Shown here: in pieces, positions 11,270 to 23,889 of the stretch | Layout of the letters: the number at the start of each line of letters is the position of its first letter | Numbering within the stretch: position 1 is the first letter of the stretch | NCBI RefSeq assembly: GCF_006345805.1 | Contig: NC_043001.1 | Coordinates: 24,304,001 to 24,368,000 of the forward strand | DNA from: Octopus sinensis | Taxonomy: Eukaryota | DNA: 64,000 bases | Reading direction: 5' to 3' | Program-made: the position numbers and the translations under genes | The notes under the pieces: model-generated | Seen by the model: only the letters and a program-made list of their open reading frames with translations | Told to the model about the DNA's origin: nothing | Databases searched by the model: none

Positions 11270-12160
11270 CATCATCATCATCATCGTTTAACGTCCATTT
11301 TCCATGCTGGCATGGGTTGGACGGTTTGATTGGGGTCTGGGAAGCCAGGAGGCTACACCAAGCTCCAATCTTATCTGGCAAGGTTTCTACAGCTGGATGC
11401 CCTTCCTAACTCCAACCACTCCAAGAGTGCAGTGGGTTCTCTTTACGTGCCACCGGCACAGGGGCCAGAGGGGCCTGGCAACAACCACAATTAGTTGCTG
11501 TCTTTTATGTGCCACTGGCATGGAAGCCAGTCAAGGTAGCACTGGCATTGGCCACGTTTGAATGGTGCTTTTTACATGCCACCGGTACGAGGATCACACT
11601 ACAATTTCTATTTGATTTTGATGTAAATGACTCAATAGGTCTCCTCAAGCACTCCATGTTGCCCTATGATCCAAGGTACTCTTGAGTGGAGTGGTTATGC
11701 AACACTGGTGTAGGTTACAGCTGTGAACTCACTTTATTTGCCGGAAAAGCTGTTTATTGTAATCAGTTTTAGCTGAATCATCATCATCATCATCATTAAA
11801 CGTCTGCTTTCCATGCTAGCATGGGTTGGACGTATGACTGAGGGCTGGCGAAGCAGATGGCTGCACCAGGCTTCAATCTTGATCTGGCAGAGTTTCTACA
11901 GCTGGATGCCCTTCCTAATGCCAACCACTCCGAGAGTGTAGTGGGTGCTTTTACGTGCCACTGGCACGGGGCCAGTCAGGCGGTACTGGCAACGACCTTG
12001 CTCGAATCTTTTACACATGCCACTGGCGTGGGTGCCAGTAAGGCGATGCTGATAACAATCCCGCTCGAATGGTGTTTTTATGTGCCACCAGCATGGAGGC
12101 CAGATAGCCACTGGCAACGATCACACTCAGATGGTGCTCTTAATATCCTACTAGCACGGA
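11270..12160 (-). mobile_element. Two RTE 3' ends (about 11270-11745 and 11778-12160)
   Basis: Each starts on + with (cat)n-ttaacgtc, the reverse of the RTE tail. Confidence 0.8.
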
Positions 12161-12463
12161 GCTTAGTTTTTGATATCAATAACTAGCTGATAACATTAAG
12201 CAAGGAATATAATCTCTCTCTCTCTATTCATATGCCATAGTAATAAATTAGATAATGTTAAAAGTGATGAGCTGGCAGAAATGTTACTGAGCCAGACAAA
12301 ATGCTATGTTTACCGATGTTTCTTTCAGTTCCGTACATTCTGAGTTCAAAAGACACTGAGGTCCACTTTGCCTTTCATCATTTCGGAGTCAATAAGTACC
12401 AGTCAAGTGCTGGGGTGAATGTAGCTGACAAACTCCTTCCTGTTAGATAGATGGCTTCAAAGG

Positions 12464-12881
12464 CAGTGAGCTGGCAGAAACGTTAGCGCGTCGGGCGAAA
12501 TGCATAGCGGTATTTTGTCTGCCACTACGTTGTGAGTTCAAATTTCGCCGAGGTCTACTTTGCCTTTCATCCTTTTGGAGTCGATTAAATAAGTACCAGT
12601 TATATATAGTCTGGGGTCGATATAATCGACTTAATCCGTTTGTCTGTCCTTGTTTGTCCCCTCTATGTTTAGCCCCTTGCGGGTAGTAAAGAAATAGGTA
12701 TTTCATCTGCCGCTACGTTCTGTGTTCAAATTCCGCCGAGGTTGACTTTGCCTTTCATCCTTTTGGGGTCGATTAAATAAGTACCAGTTACACACTGAGG
12801 TCGATATAATCGACTTAATCCGTTTGTCTGTCCTTGTTTGTCCCCTCTGTGTTTAGTCCCTTGTGGGTAGTAAAGAAATAA
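12464..12881 (+). mobile_element. SINE family B dimer
   Basis: Head ggcagtgagctggcagaaacg; junction aaagaaata|ggtatttc near 12696. Confidence 0.85.
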
Positions 12882-13069
12882 GATAGCTGGCTAGTAGTAA
12901 CATGGAACAGTCACTTTGATGCAGTGACTGACTTCACATGATCAGTTCTTGAGATTTTACAACTAAATAACTAATAATTAAAATAAAAATTAGAGTTGTA
13001 AGATAAGTCTGTATGATAAAATATGAAACAAATTTGAAGAGCCTAGAAAAATCACATGCTTGCATAGAC

Positions 13070-13477
13070 GCAGGAGTGGCTGTATGGTAAGTAGCTTGCT
13101 AACCAACCACATGGTTCCGGGTTCAGTCCCACTGCGTGGCACCTTGGGCAAGTGTCTTCTACTATAGCCTCAGGCTGACCAAGGCCTTGTGTGTGGATTT
13201 GGTAGACGGAAACTGAAAGAAGCCAGTCGTATATATGTATATATATATATAAGTATATGTGTGTGTGTTTGTGTGTCTGTGTTTGTCCCCCTAGCATTGC
13301 TTGACAACCGATGCTGGTGTGTTTACGTCCCCGTCACTTAGCGGTTCGGCAAAAGAGACCGATAGAATAAGTACTGGGCTTACAAAGAATAAGTCCCGGG
13401 GTCAATTTGCTCAACTAAAGGCGGTGCTCCAGCATGCCCGCAGTCAAATAACTGAAACAAGTAAAAGAGTAAAAGAG
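13070..13477 (+). mobile_element. Full-length tRNA-derived SINE family A (CORE-like domain)
   Basis: Head gcaggagtggctgtatggtaag / ggttcagtccc; gcgtggcaccttgggcaagtg resembles the CORE domain; central TA/TG tract; tail gtaaaagagtaaaagag. Confidence 0.88.
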
Positions 13478-13617
13478 TATGTATGTACTTATGTATGTAT
13501 GTATGTATGTATGTATGTATGTATGTATATATATATGAATTCTTCTGTTTTTATCTGAATTCATCCTCTGAGAAGGAGCTGGTTTCAAACAAAGATACAA
13601 AACTCCATCATGAGAAT

Positions 13618-14405
13618 CATCATCATCGTTTAACATCCACTTTCCATGCTAGCATGAGTTGAATGATTTGACTGAGGACTGGCGAACCAGATGGCTGCAC
13701 CATGCTCCAATCTTGATCTGGCAGAGTTTCTACAACTGGATACCCTTCCTAACGCCAACCACTCCGAGAGTGTAGTGGGTGCTTTTACGTACCACCGGCA
13801 CGAGGGCCAGTCAGGTGGTATTGGCAACATCCACGAAAAAAATCAAGTTTTTTTTTTTTACATGTCACCTGCACACCGGCACAAGTGCCAGTAAGGTGAC
13901 GCTGGTAACGATCATGCTCGAATGGTGCTTTTTAGAATGTACATAAATAAACAACATCACATTTTAAACTTGAGAGATTGGATTTCTAATGAGCAAATTT
14001 GGTGGTTGATTTATTTTTCTGAAAACCTTATTTTATCCAGATTGCCACTTATGCATTTACTAACAAAACCAAGTGCACCAATTATTATCAGTCAAATCAT
14101 CATCATCATTTAACGTCCGTTTTTCCATGCTAGCATGGGTTGGACGGTTTGACCGGGGTCTGGTAGGCCATGGAGGCTGCACCAAGCTCTAGTCTGATTT
14201 GGCAGTGTTTCTACAGCTGGATGCCCTTCCTAATGCCAACCACTCTGTGAGTGTAGTGAGTGTTTTTTACGTGCCACCTGCACAGGGGCCAGCGCAGGCT
14301 GGCAAACGGCCACGATCGGTTGGTGCTTTTATGTGTCACCGACACGGACGCCAGTCGGGCGGCGCTAGTATCTGCGACGTTCGGACGGTGCTTTTTGCGT
14401 GTCAT
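13618..14405 (-). mobile_element. Two RTE 3' ends (about 13618-13930 and 14098-14405)
   Basis: (cat)n tails and the reverse RTE 3' motif. Confidence 0.78.
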
Positions 14406-14734
14406 GAATTTATAATCCAGTTATAGGAGCTGGAAGCTTGTATGTATGTCATTGTTCAGTTTTATTTCAAGATTTCTTGCCAATATTGAATAAGCCAGTT
14501 TCTAATGTATATCCAAGTCTCCTTCATTGGAACTTCAACAACATCAACAGGGTGTTTGTGCATGTTTGTGTGTATGTCTGCAATGTTTGGAGTCAGTGTA
14601 TGGACAGATTTTTATTTTCTATTTAATGTATGTATGCCATTATTCAGTGTTGTTTCAAGTTTTCTTGCCAACGGAGAAAGAGCCGGTTTCTAACTGAGAT
14701 CCAAGGCTCCTTCATTGGAATTTCAACATCAACA

Positions 14735-14765
14735 ACACAGTATGTTTGTATGTATGTATGTATGT

Positions 14766-14797
<32 letters not shown>

Positions 14798-14804
14798 GTA
14801 TGTA

Positions 14805-14876
<72 letters not shown>

Positions 14877-15215
14877 GTGCAGATTTTTATGTTTTGTTTG
14901 ATGTATTTCTTCTAATGCATATGCCTGCATATCTAGACATGCTCATATATACTTAAATGATAAACTAAGTATGTATATATATGCATGCATGCATTTATGT
15001 ATGTACGTATGTATATATATATATATGTAGGTAGGTAGGTTTGTATGTATATATGTAGGTATGTATGTATGTAGGTATCTGTATGAAGGCATCTGTATGT
15101 AGGTATCTGTATATATGTATGTATGTATCTGTATGTATGTAGGTATGTATGTATGTAGGTATGTATGTATCTATGTATCTATGTACGTATATATGTATCT
15201 ATGTACATATATATG

Positions 15216-15247
<32 letters not shown>

Positions 15248-15275
15248 TCTTTCTATGTACTTACGTATGTATGTA
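14735..15275. repeat. (TG)n and (TATG)n microsatellite cluster
   Basis: Direct inspection. Confidence 0.9.
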
Positions 15276-16038
15276 TTCTTCAACATTACTTAAGTTCTTT
15301 GTACTGTTCAAAGCTGGCCATAAACAAAACAACAAAGCATTTTTATTTTGTTTGAGTCAAGACAGTTTCAAGATTTTGTGATCATGTGTGAAAGTCAGTG
15401 TGTGCATAAATATAAGAGTAGACATACCTACACTTATGAAGTGGCTATTCATGTCTTTTTAACACCCAAGTGTATGCATTTGATTACATTTTACGGATGT
15501 CTATGAGAGTGTGTGTTTATGAGTGAAACACCTAAGCTCCATGCGGCTCCGGCAGAAGGTAATGGCAAACTTCTGCTGACTCTTTTGCCACAACTTTCTC
15601 TCACTCTTTCCTCCTGCATCTTGGAGCTCACCTGCGACGGACCGGCGTCCCGTCCAGGTGGGGAACCTATATGCCAAGGAAACCAGGAAACCGGCCCTTA
15701 TGAGCCAGGCATGGCTTGAGAAGGAACAAACAATACAAGAGTGTATGCTGTATACACATGTGTAATTATGTGCATGTATTCTCATTTCAATAAACTCAAA
15801 ATTGGTAAAACTCTTTGAAATGTTTCACACATTTTTACTGCTCTGCTAATTTATTTGAGGCAGTATTTTATGGCCTGATGCCCTTTCTGTCCTCAACCCC
15901 CACCAGTTTTTCAAATAAGGGTTGTTTGGTCTTTTTTTATAATTCCACTCTTTGCTACACAGCAGAAGTATAAGGGCCGCTGAAGGAATTGTTCACTGAC
16001 AGGATTTAGAGGGTTCAAGTTGTGTGGATATTTTGCAG

Positions 16039-16039
<1 letters not shown>

Positions 16040-16075
<36 letters not shown>

Positions 16076-16460
16076 TGTTGTCGGTCTGTCTGTTTGTCCT
16101 TCTCACTCTCTCTATTATTCTGTCACTCTCTATCTTTATATCTCCTTTTCTGTGTCTTTCTCTCTTACTCTCTCTTCCCCTCCATCACTCTCCTTTTATT
16201 AAAAATAATAATAATAATAATAATAATAACAACAATAACAACAACAATAATAATCCCTCACTCCCTGCAACTGCACGCCATTCACCCCCTTTCCTTCCAC
16301 CTTCTCTCCCTCCGTCCATACCTCTCTCCCTCCAACCCCTCTCCATTCACCCCCTCTCCCACCATCTCTCTCTCCCTTCAACCCCTCTCTCCTCATTTCC
16401 CTCTCTTTTCCATACCCATCTCTCTCACACACTCTCCCCCTCACACCACTCTCTCTATCT
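16040..16460. repeat. (GT)n, (CT)n, (AAT/AAC)n and pyrimidine-rich tract upstream of exon 2
   Basis: Direct inspection. Confidence 0.9.
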
Positions 16461-16552
16461 TTATGTATTTATCAACTAAATATATTCGTATAAATCATGA
16501 TGATGATGATGAATCACTCTTTAACAATTAAATATATTCTATTTTTTGACAG

Positions 16553-16705
16553 GCTCATCTTGACGTTGCTAGTTTACTTATCAAGAATGTGTATAAACCC
16601 TTGGAAGAAATTGCTACCCATAAAACAAGCCAGGCACAAAAACTCTACCAATTTCGAGACGTGTTTGAAGATCTTATTAAGCGTTCGGAAGATCATTTAA
16701 TGGAC
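16553..16705 (+). CDS. Exon 2: AHLDVASLLIKNVYKPLEEIATHKTSQAQKLYQFRDVFEDLIKRSEDHLMD
   Basis: Acceptor attttttgacAG, donor GAC|GTAAGA; 153 nt, phase 0-0, open; Q|AH junction gives an F-BAR-like ETE..AQAH pattern. Confidence 0.92.
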
Positions 16706-16989
16706 GTAAGATGACACTGTTGTTTCATCAAATTTTATTATTCAAATAAACCACACTTACAATTTAATTGCATTTTAAATAACTGTTATTTCCCAATTTG
16801 GTGACCACATTATTTAGAACAGGGGCTCTCAACCATTTTTGTATCTATGGACCCTTTTGATTATTGTATTATTCTGGTAAACCCCCATAGGTATTTGATG
16901 TTTTAAAACTAGTTTTATAGAAACTTCTTTCAAAATTCCTTTTTTTTTTCACATTAATTTTTTCATACATTAATTTGAGACAAAATAAT

Positions 16990-17371
16990 AGGTGTAGAAG
17001 TGGCTGTGTGGTAAGTAGCTTGCTTACCAACCACATGGTTCCGGGTTCAGTCCCACTGCATGGCACCTTGGGCAAGTGTCTTCTACTATAGCCTCGGGCT
17101 GACCAAAGCCTTGTGAGTGGATTTGGTAGACAGAAACTGAAAGAAGCCCATCGTATATACATATATATGTGTGTGTGTATGTGTGTGTATATATTTGTGT
17201 GTCTGTGTTTCTCTCCCCAACATCGCTTGACAACCGATGCTGGTGTGTTTACATCCTTGTAACTTAGTGGTTCAGCAAAAGAGACCAAAGAATAAGTCCT
17301 GGGGTCGATTTGCTTGACTAAAGGTGGTGCTCCAGCATGGCCACAGTCAAATGACTTAAACAAGTAAAAGA
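16990..17371 (+). mobile_element. SINE family A
   Basis: Matches 13070-13477 along its length. Confidence 0.87.
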
Positions 17372-18682
17372 GGACCTCTGGGCTGTCACTTAATCTACAA
17401 GATATAGAAGTTAAATTTCCCTCAGTTTATATATAACCATCTTAAATAAATAAATGACACAGGTGGAATTTTAACATTGATAGTACAATCAGGGCCAACC
17501 AAGGGCTAAACAACAGCAGCAGCTATGTTCAATTCAAGCCAATGAGGGAACCTCTATATGGTCACTTGATCTGCAAGAAAAAACATGTAAATTTCCCTCA
17601 ATTTATATGTGACAATCTTAAATAAAGGATGGACAATCATAGGTGAAATGACTCTTATCATTCATAGGTTCAATCAGAAGCTCCCTAGGGCTAAACACCA
17701 ACAATAGCTATGTTCTATTGAAGCCAATGTGGGAACCTCTGTGTGACTGTTCGATCTGCAAGAAAAAATAGCTACTTTTCTCTCAATTTAAATGCCATAA
17801 TCTTAAATAAAAGACAATCATAAGTGGAATGCGTCCTATCATTGATAAGTTCAGTCAGAGGTACCCTAGGGCTAAACTACAATGTAGGAACCTCTGTGTG
17901 ACGGTTTGATCTGCAAGAAAAAATAGCCACATTTCCCTCAATTTATATAAATAAATAAATGCGCCCTTTTAAAGCCTAGCCAGGCTCATGGGCCCAGTTT
18001 CCCAGTTTCTATGGCGTATGTGCTCCCCAGCTGGACGGGACGCCAGTCCATCGCAGCGTTACTCATTTTTGCCAGCTGAGTGGACTGGAGAAATATGAGA
18101 TGAAGCGTTTTGCTCAAGAACATAACGCGTCGCCCAGTCTAGGAATCGAAACCACAATTGTACGATCGTGGTGCTGACACCCTAACCACTAAGCCAAGTG
18201 CCTCCACTCAATGTATATGCCACAATCTTAAATAAAAGACAATCACAAGTGGAATACCTCCTATCATTGATGGGTTCAGTCAGAGGTACCCTAGGGCTAA
18301 ACTACAATAGCTATGTTCTATTCAGGCCAATGTGGGAACCTCTGTGTGATTGTTTGATCTGCAAGAAAAAATAGCCACTTTTCCCTCAATTTATATGCCA
18401 CAACCTTAAATAAAAGACAACTATAAGTGAAATGCCTCCTATCATTGATAAGTTCAGGCAGAGGTACCCTAGAGCTAAACTACAATAGCTATGTTCTATT
18501 CAAGCCAATGTAGAAGACTCTATGTAGTTGTTTGATCTGCTAGAAATAGCTGCTAAATTTCCCTCAATTTATATGTGACCATCTGAAATAAAGACAGGAC
18601 AATCACAGGTGGAATGCCTTCTCTCATTAATAGGTACAATCAAAGGCATCCTAAAGCTACAACAACAACAGCAACAACAACC
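17372..18682 (+). repeat. Diverged tandem array of a ~180-bp unit (about six copies) ending in (caa)n
   Basis: Recurrent ggaacctctgtgtga..gatctgcaagaaaaaatagc..ccctcaatttata..cttaaataaaagacaatc..ccctagggctaaac; interrupted by a SINE. Confidence 0.85.
17950..18205 (-). mobile_element. tRNA-derived SINE family D inserted in the 180-bp array
   Basis: Minus head gaggcacttggcttagtggttagggtg; flanks ctcaatttatat / ctcaatgtatat (imperfect TSD); related copy at 50802-51012. Confidence 0.82.
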
Positions 18683-19209
18683 TATTTCCTGACTCCTTCT
18701 GCTGGTAGTTTGCCACCCCCTTAACCACTGAGCCAGCTGCATTGCAAATGGAGTCTATACAATTTTCTATTTATATACCTAAACTATATTCATAGACATT
18801 TATACATATCAATTACAAAAATATTAGAGTATTTATAAACAGCTAATTAAAAACATGACTATATTTAATTAGAATATTTAATTACGATATTTTTATCAAC
18901 TTCCGTTCTAATGTTCCTAATTTTTATCTATTATAACTACATATACTAATTTGTATTACATCTGGAAGTGATTTCTCTCTATATAAAGAAAATAGTCTTC
19001 AAAAATTTTGGTGATAGAAAGTTTGCCAATATATTTACTTATAAGTAAATAAGGGGCTTGGGGGAAGAAGTATGGCTGTGTGGTAAGAGGTTTGCTTCTC
19101 AGCCATATGGCTCTGGGTTCAGTCTCAGTGTGTGGCACCTTGGGCAAGTGTCTTCTACTAGTAAAGCCTTGTGAGTGGATTTGGTTGATGGGAACTGAAA
19201 GGAACCTGT

Positions 19210-19245
<36 letters not shown>

Positions 19246-19315
19246 GAGGGAATATTATTTCAAACTTACAGGGAAAAATTCAATTTAGAAATACTAAATC
19301 AAATTTCACAAAATA

Positions 19316-19816
19316 TAATATATATAAAACTGTAGTTGTGTGAGTGTCTGTCCCCTTCGATTTAGATTCCTAACTACTCCCACATTTTGCGGTGCAGTTT
19401 AACCAAATTCGGGTATCTTATAGTCGTGATTCATATCGAGCCCATCGGAGTATTAGCGCGCGTCTACGATTTTAAAAATAATTTAACATCATTTTTTATT
19501 CCATTTTAATGCATAATTTTTCGCGTATTGATGGCGGCGGAGTTGGCGTCCATGGTCACACCTGCACCTGTTTGCTTCTCCCCCTTCTTCCCTCCCTCGT
19601 GAAGCTGTGGGGAAGGGAGTGTAAGGAAATCAATGTCGTAAAGCGTTGTCAAGGAGACCAGCGTTCTTTTTGAACAACGACTTCATGGCTTCAAGACACC
19701 GAAACAGAAATGGCTAAGAAAGCCCGAATTGGCATCTATAAGGGAAGTAACTCTCTAAAAATGCTTATATAGTTATTTCCCTTACAAACCCGAGCAATGC
19801 CGGGCGATACTGCTAG
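19316..19816 (+). mobile_element. Non-autonomous Helitron
   Basis: 3' end has a GC hairpin cccg-agcaatgc-cggg followed by CTAG|T (19813-19816); 5' atatatataaaactgtagttgtgtgagtgtctgtc; no TSD; CpG retained. Confidence 0.75.
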
Positions 19817-21378
19817 TATATATATAAATTAGAAAAAAACACCTTTTATCAATTCAATAATGAAAAATTAAATTATACCATTTAGAAAAATTACATATTA
19901 TAGAAAGATTAAATATAAGATTAAACATAATGATTAAATAATGTGCAAAATAATAAATAAATAATAAATATATACGTTTTATTTATTATTTTGCACATAA
20001 CTTAATCATTGTTATATTTTTGTCAGTGCGGAATTTTGTCAGTGAACAGGTCACAGTCTCAAAGTGATGAAAATATTTTGACAAATTAAATTTAAATGTT
20101 GAAGTGAATCTAACGGATTTTGTGTGTTTCTTAAATGGCTTATAAACACCTTCCATGCTGCAATTGTTTTCGTTCCAGCACACAATGTCAGATCAGGTCA
20201 CTTGCTATGCAAGTACATCATAATTCTTCAATGAATACATGAGAAATTTATTTCTTTTTAGAGTACAAAGACACACTACCTGTATCAAGGAGGTTGTATC
20301 GAGCTACACTCTCTCATTATCAAAAGACTCGACAATAAATGTCATTGCAACAAATATTAAACCACAAACTATGAATGATGTCATCTAGAAAATTCTTGAA
20401 ACTGCTATTAAAGGCTAGGGTTTCTTTTGATATTTTAATCCTAATTAGTTGGTGTAGCTCTTATTGAACTCCAGTACAACATAAATTGGAGTATTGCTGA
20501 CATAGTGTGAGATTTCTGAACTGTTACAATTCTGGGAAGAAAGGATCGGATATAAAACAAGATGGTCTTTTTTTGGTTATGGACTATGATGTTCATATGT
20601 GTAGCAATAACACTGTCACATGTGTGTGTGTGTGTGAGAGAGAGTGTGTGTAAAAACTACCATTCCCAAAGGACACATGGATTTGATAACTGTCCAGTTA
20701 TCTAATATCTTGTGTGAAACCAGTTGGTAAAATCAGCTATACTGTAATGATTCTATATATATATAATACTGTCTACTTCAAAATACTTGTATGTACACAT
20801 ACACATACACACACAAACACACACACACACGTGTATATAAAATATGAACATTACTTCAATGTGGGTTTTTCTTAAGATTTTGCAGAGGCTTAGCTACTGA
20901 TTAAGGCTGTGGTATTTTCTAGCTTTGTGCAGGAGGACTCTTTGTGACAATGCAATATACATACAAGGTTATGAATCATAACTGTAGTGTGATGGAGGAA
21001 AAGGAGAACAGGAAAAGAAGCAAAGAGGAGAAAGAAATACAAAAGGCCTTACCTGTTGACCTCGGCGAAATCAGCGGTCACTCTCATGAATTAAACATGT
21101 CTTGTCTTGCTGCCATCTCTGCTCGAACTGATCACACATGCTTCCTGCTCACGCATGCCCTCTGCCTGTGTCACCAGCCCTTGCAATCCTTACTTCCGTC
21201 AACATCATCTGCAATCCCCTCCACCAATACCACATAGCACATCACAGCCCATAACACCACCAACACCACAATAACTGAAAATATGTCACCTTTAGGAGCT
21301 GTAAATTTCTTTCAGCTTTCTCCTTTTAATTTATGTAATAACTTCCAAACTTCATTAACATATAATGATACAGATTCA

Positions 21379-21631
21379 ATATTGTTGTATTTAGGAATGG
21401 TCATTTTGCCAGTTTAGCCAATAAAAACACACGCACTATATATTTGGTGTTACTTTGCTTCAGCGTTATTTTTTTTTACATTAATCTTATTTTGACCAGA
21501 GTTCTGGCCGAAATAAGATTAAGCTTAATGTAAAAAATAAATAACACTGAAGCAAAGTAACACCAAATGTATAGTGCGTGTGTTTTTATTGGCTAAACTG
21601 GCAAAATGACCATTCCTAAATACAACAATAT
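21379..21631. mobile_element. 253-bp foldback MITE (near-perfect palindrome)
   Basis: Arms atattgttgtatttaggaatggtcattttgcc... and ...ggcaaaatgaccattcctaaatacaacaatat pair over ~100 bp with few mismatches. Confidence 0.9.
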
Positions 21632-21796
21632 CTGCTTCAACACATGATTTCACATCAAAATCTTGCAAAACAAATATATAAAAGTTACAGATTCAATGCT
21701 TCTCTATAAATGCAATCTATGTATGTATTGTTTTACAACTTTAATTGATGTAAACCGGACTACAACTGTTACTGTTATAATATTCTTTCGTTTCAG

Positions 21797-21970
21797 CTAG
21801 AGAAAGAGTACCACAGCAGTTATACACGTTACTCTAACATCATGTCAACAAGTGGAAGAGAAACTGCCAAAATAGATTTTTATAATGCCCACAATGATTA
21901 TGTCTTACAGTTCAGAGCATCAAACTGTTTAGTAGAAAAAGTCGAAGATGTCTTACCTGCAGTGTTAGAA
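21797..21970 (+). CDS. Exon 3: LEKEYHSSYTRYSNIMSTSGRETAKIDFYNAHNDYVLQFRASNCLVEKVEDVLPAVLE
   Basis: Acceptor ttctttcgtttcAG, donor GAA|GTAAGT; 174 nt, phase 0-0; AHNDYVLQ..A.N resembles the conserved F-BAR (A/H)NxYxL motif, followed by LP..L. Confidence 0.93.
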
Positions 21971-22204
21971 GTAAGTGCTTCTTTGAATACAATTGTGTTT
22001 ACCTGGTTTTTCTTTTCTTCATGCCACATGCACCGTTTTCTTTCTTAGCCTGATTTCTACCAAGTAAAAAATATCTGTGTAATATCGTGCTCAGCTTTTC
22101 TAGTAAGTTAGCTTTATGTACAAATCTATAATAACTTCTGTAGATTAGAAGTTTATCAGTTACCAATGGAATAGCGAATTAACGAATTATATCTCTTGCA
22201 AAGA

Positions 22205-22510
22205 TTTCATCATTGTCGTCATCATCATCATCATTACAATCATCATCATCATCATCATCATCATAATCATCATCATCATCCCAATCATCATCATCATCAT
22301 CCCAATCATCATCATCATCATCATAACCATCATCATCATCACCAGTGTTGTCATTTTCATTGTCATCATTGTCATCGTCATCTTCATCATCATCATCATA
22401 GTCATCATCATCATCATCACCAGTGTTGTCATTTTCATTGTCATCATTGTTGACGTCATCTTCATCATCATCATCGTCATCATCGTCATCGTCGTCATCG
22501 TCGTCATCTG
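22205..22510. repeat. (CAT)n microsatellite with an internal duplicated cagtgttgtcattttcattgtc block
   Basis: Direct inspection; source of the poly-His/poly-Met ORFs. Confidence 0.92.
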
Positions 22511-22529
22511 ATGCTTCTTAGGTCCAACT

Positions 22530-22745
22530 TTTCTCTCAAGGCACTTACACTCTATTAAGTATGCACACTGATATTACACATCCATCGGAGAATACTGACT
22601 TCATTCCTTGTGAGCTTACACATGTCCTCAGCAGTCACGGTCCATGTACCACTGCGGTGTAGCATGGCTGTTTGTACACATGCATCATGCAGTCTAACTT
22701 TTACTCTGAGCGAGAGGTCCTTGGTCACCAGCAGAAGTAGGAGGT
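22530..22745 (-). mobile_element. RTE-clade RT C-terminal fragment
   Basis: [25 protein letters not shown]...[15 protein letters not shown] matches the RTE-type Y..CV...MLHGSETW..E..MLRWMC motif. Confidence 0.82.
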
Positions 22746-22762
22746 CACTGAATTTTGCATTT

Positions 22763-22825
<63 letters not shown>

Positions 22826-22830
22826 CATAC

Positions 22831-22868
<38 letters not shown>

Positions 22869-23109
22869 CTATATATATATACATATATATATGTGTGTGT
22901 GTATGTATTTGTGTGACAGTGTTTGTCCTCCCACCGTCACCTGACAACCGATGTTAGTGTGTTAACATCCTGTAACTTACCGGTTCAGCAAAAAGAGCCT
23001 GATAGTATAAGTTACTAGGCATAAAAAGAATAAGTTCTGGGGTCAATTTGTTCGACGAAAGGTGGTGCTCCAGCATGACCACAGTTAAATGGCTGAAACA
23101 CGCAAAAGA

Positions 23110-23128
23110 CTACATACACATACAAACA

Positions 23129-23195
<67 letters not shown>

Positions 23196-23740
23196 TCATC
23201 ATCGTTTAACGTCCGCTTTCCATGCTAGCATATATATATATATATATATGTGTGAGTTATTTTTGGTATATCTCATGGTACAAATCTAGAGACGTTAGAT
23301 TCTTACTAAGTGGATTCAATTTTAACCATGTGTTCAAAAAAGGTAACAAAAAGAAAATGTAGGTGAGGAAATATTAATTTAGCAATGACGTCATAGATAA
23401 CATATCTATATATATATAAATTATATATCAGTAATTACTCATACCTGTATGCATTCACATGCTTATATATATATATATATGTGTGTGTATGTATGTATGT
23501 ATATATATATATATATATAGATGTATGTATGTATATATATATATGTATGTTTGTATGTATGTATGTATATGTATATATATATGTATGTATGTATATGTAT
23601 ATATATATGTATGTATGTATATGTATATATATATGTATGTATGTATATGTATATATATATATATATATATATGCACACACATGCACATACAGATATTTAT
23701 ACACACATGCATACGCATTCACATGCACACATGCAGGATA
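23110..23740. repeat. (TA)n/(TATG)n microsatellite region
   Basis: Direct inspection. Confidence 0.88.
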
Positions 23741-23889
23741 TGGTGAATAAATTGTTGTCTAAATTACGCAAAACTGAAAATAACACAGACATTTCATTTT
23801 AACAGATATATTTGCCAAAATTACACAAAGATAACTTGATAATTCTAAAGAGTAAATTTTAAAATAACTTGAAATACGAAAGAGTAAAT

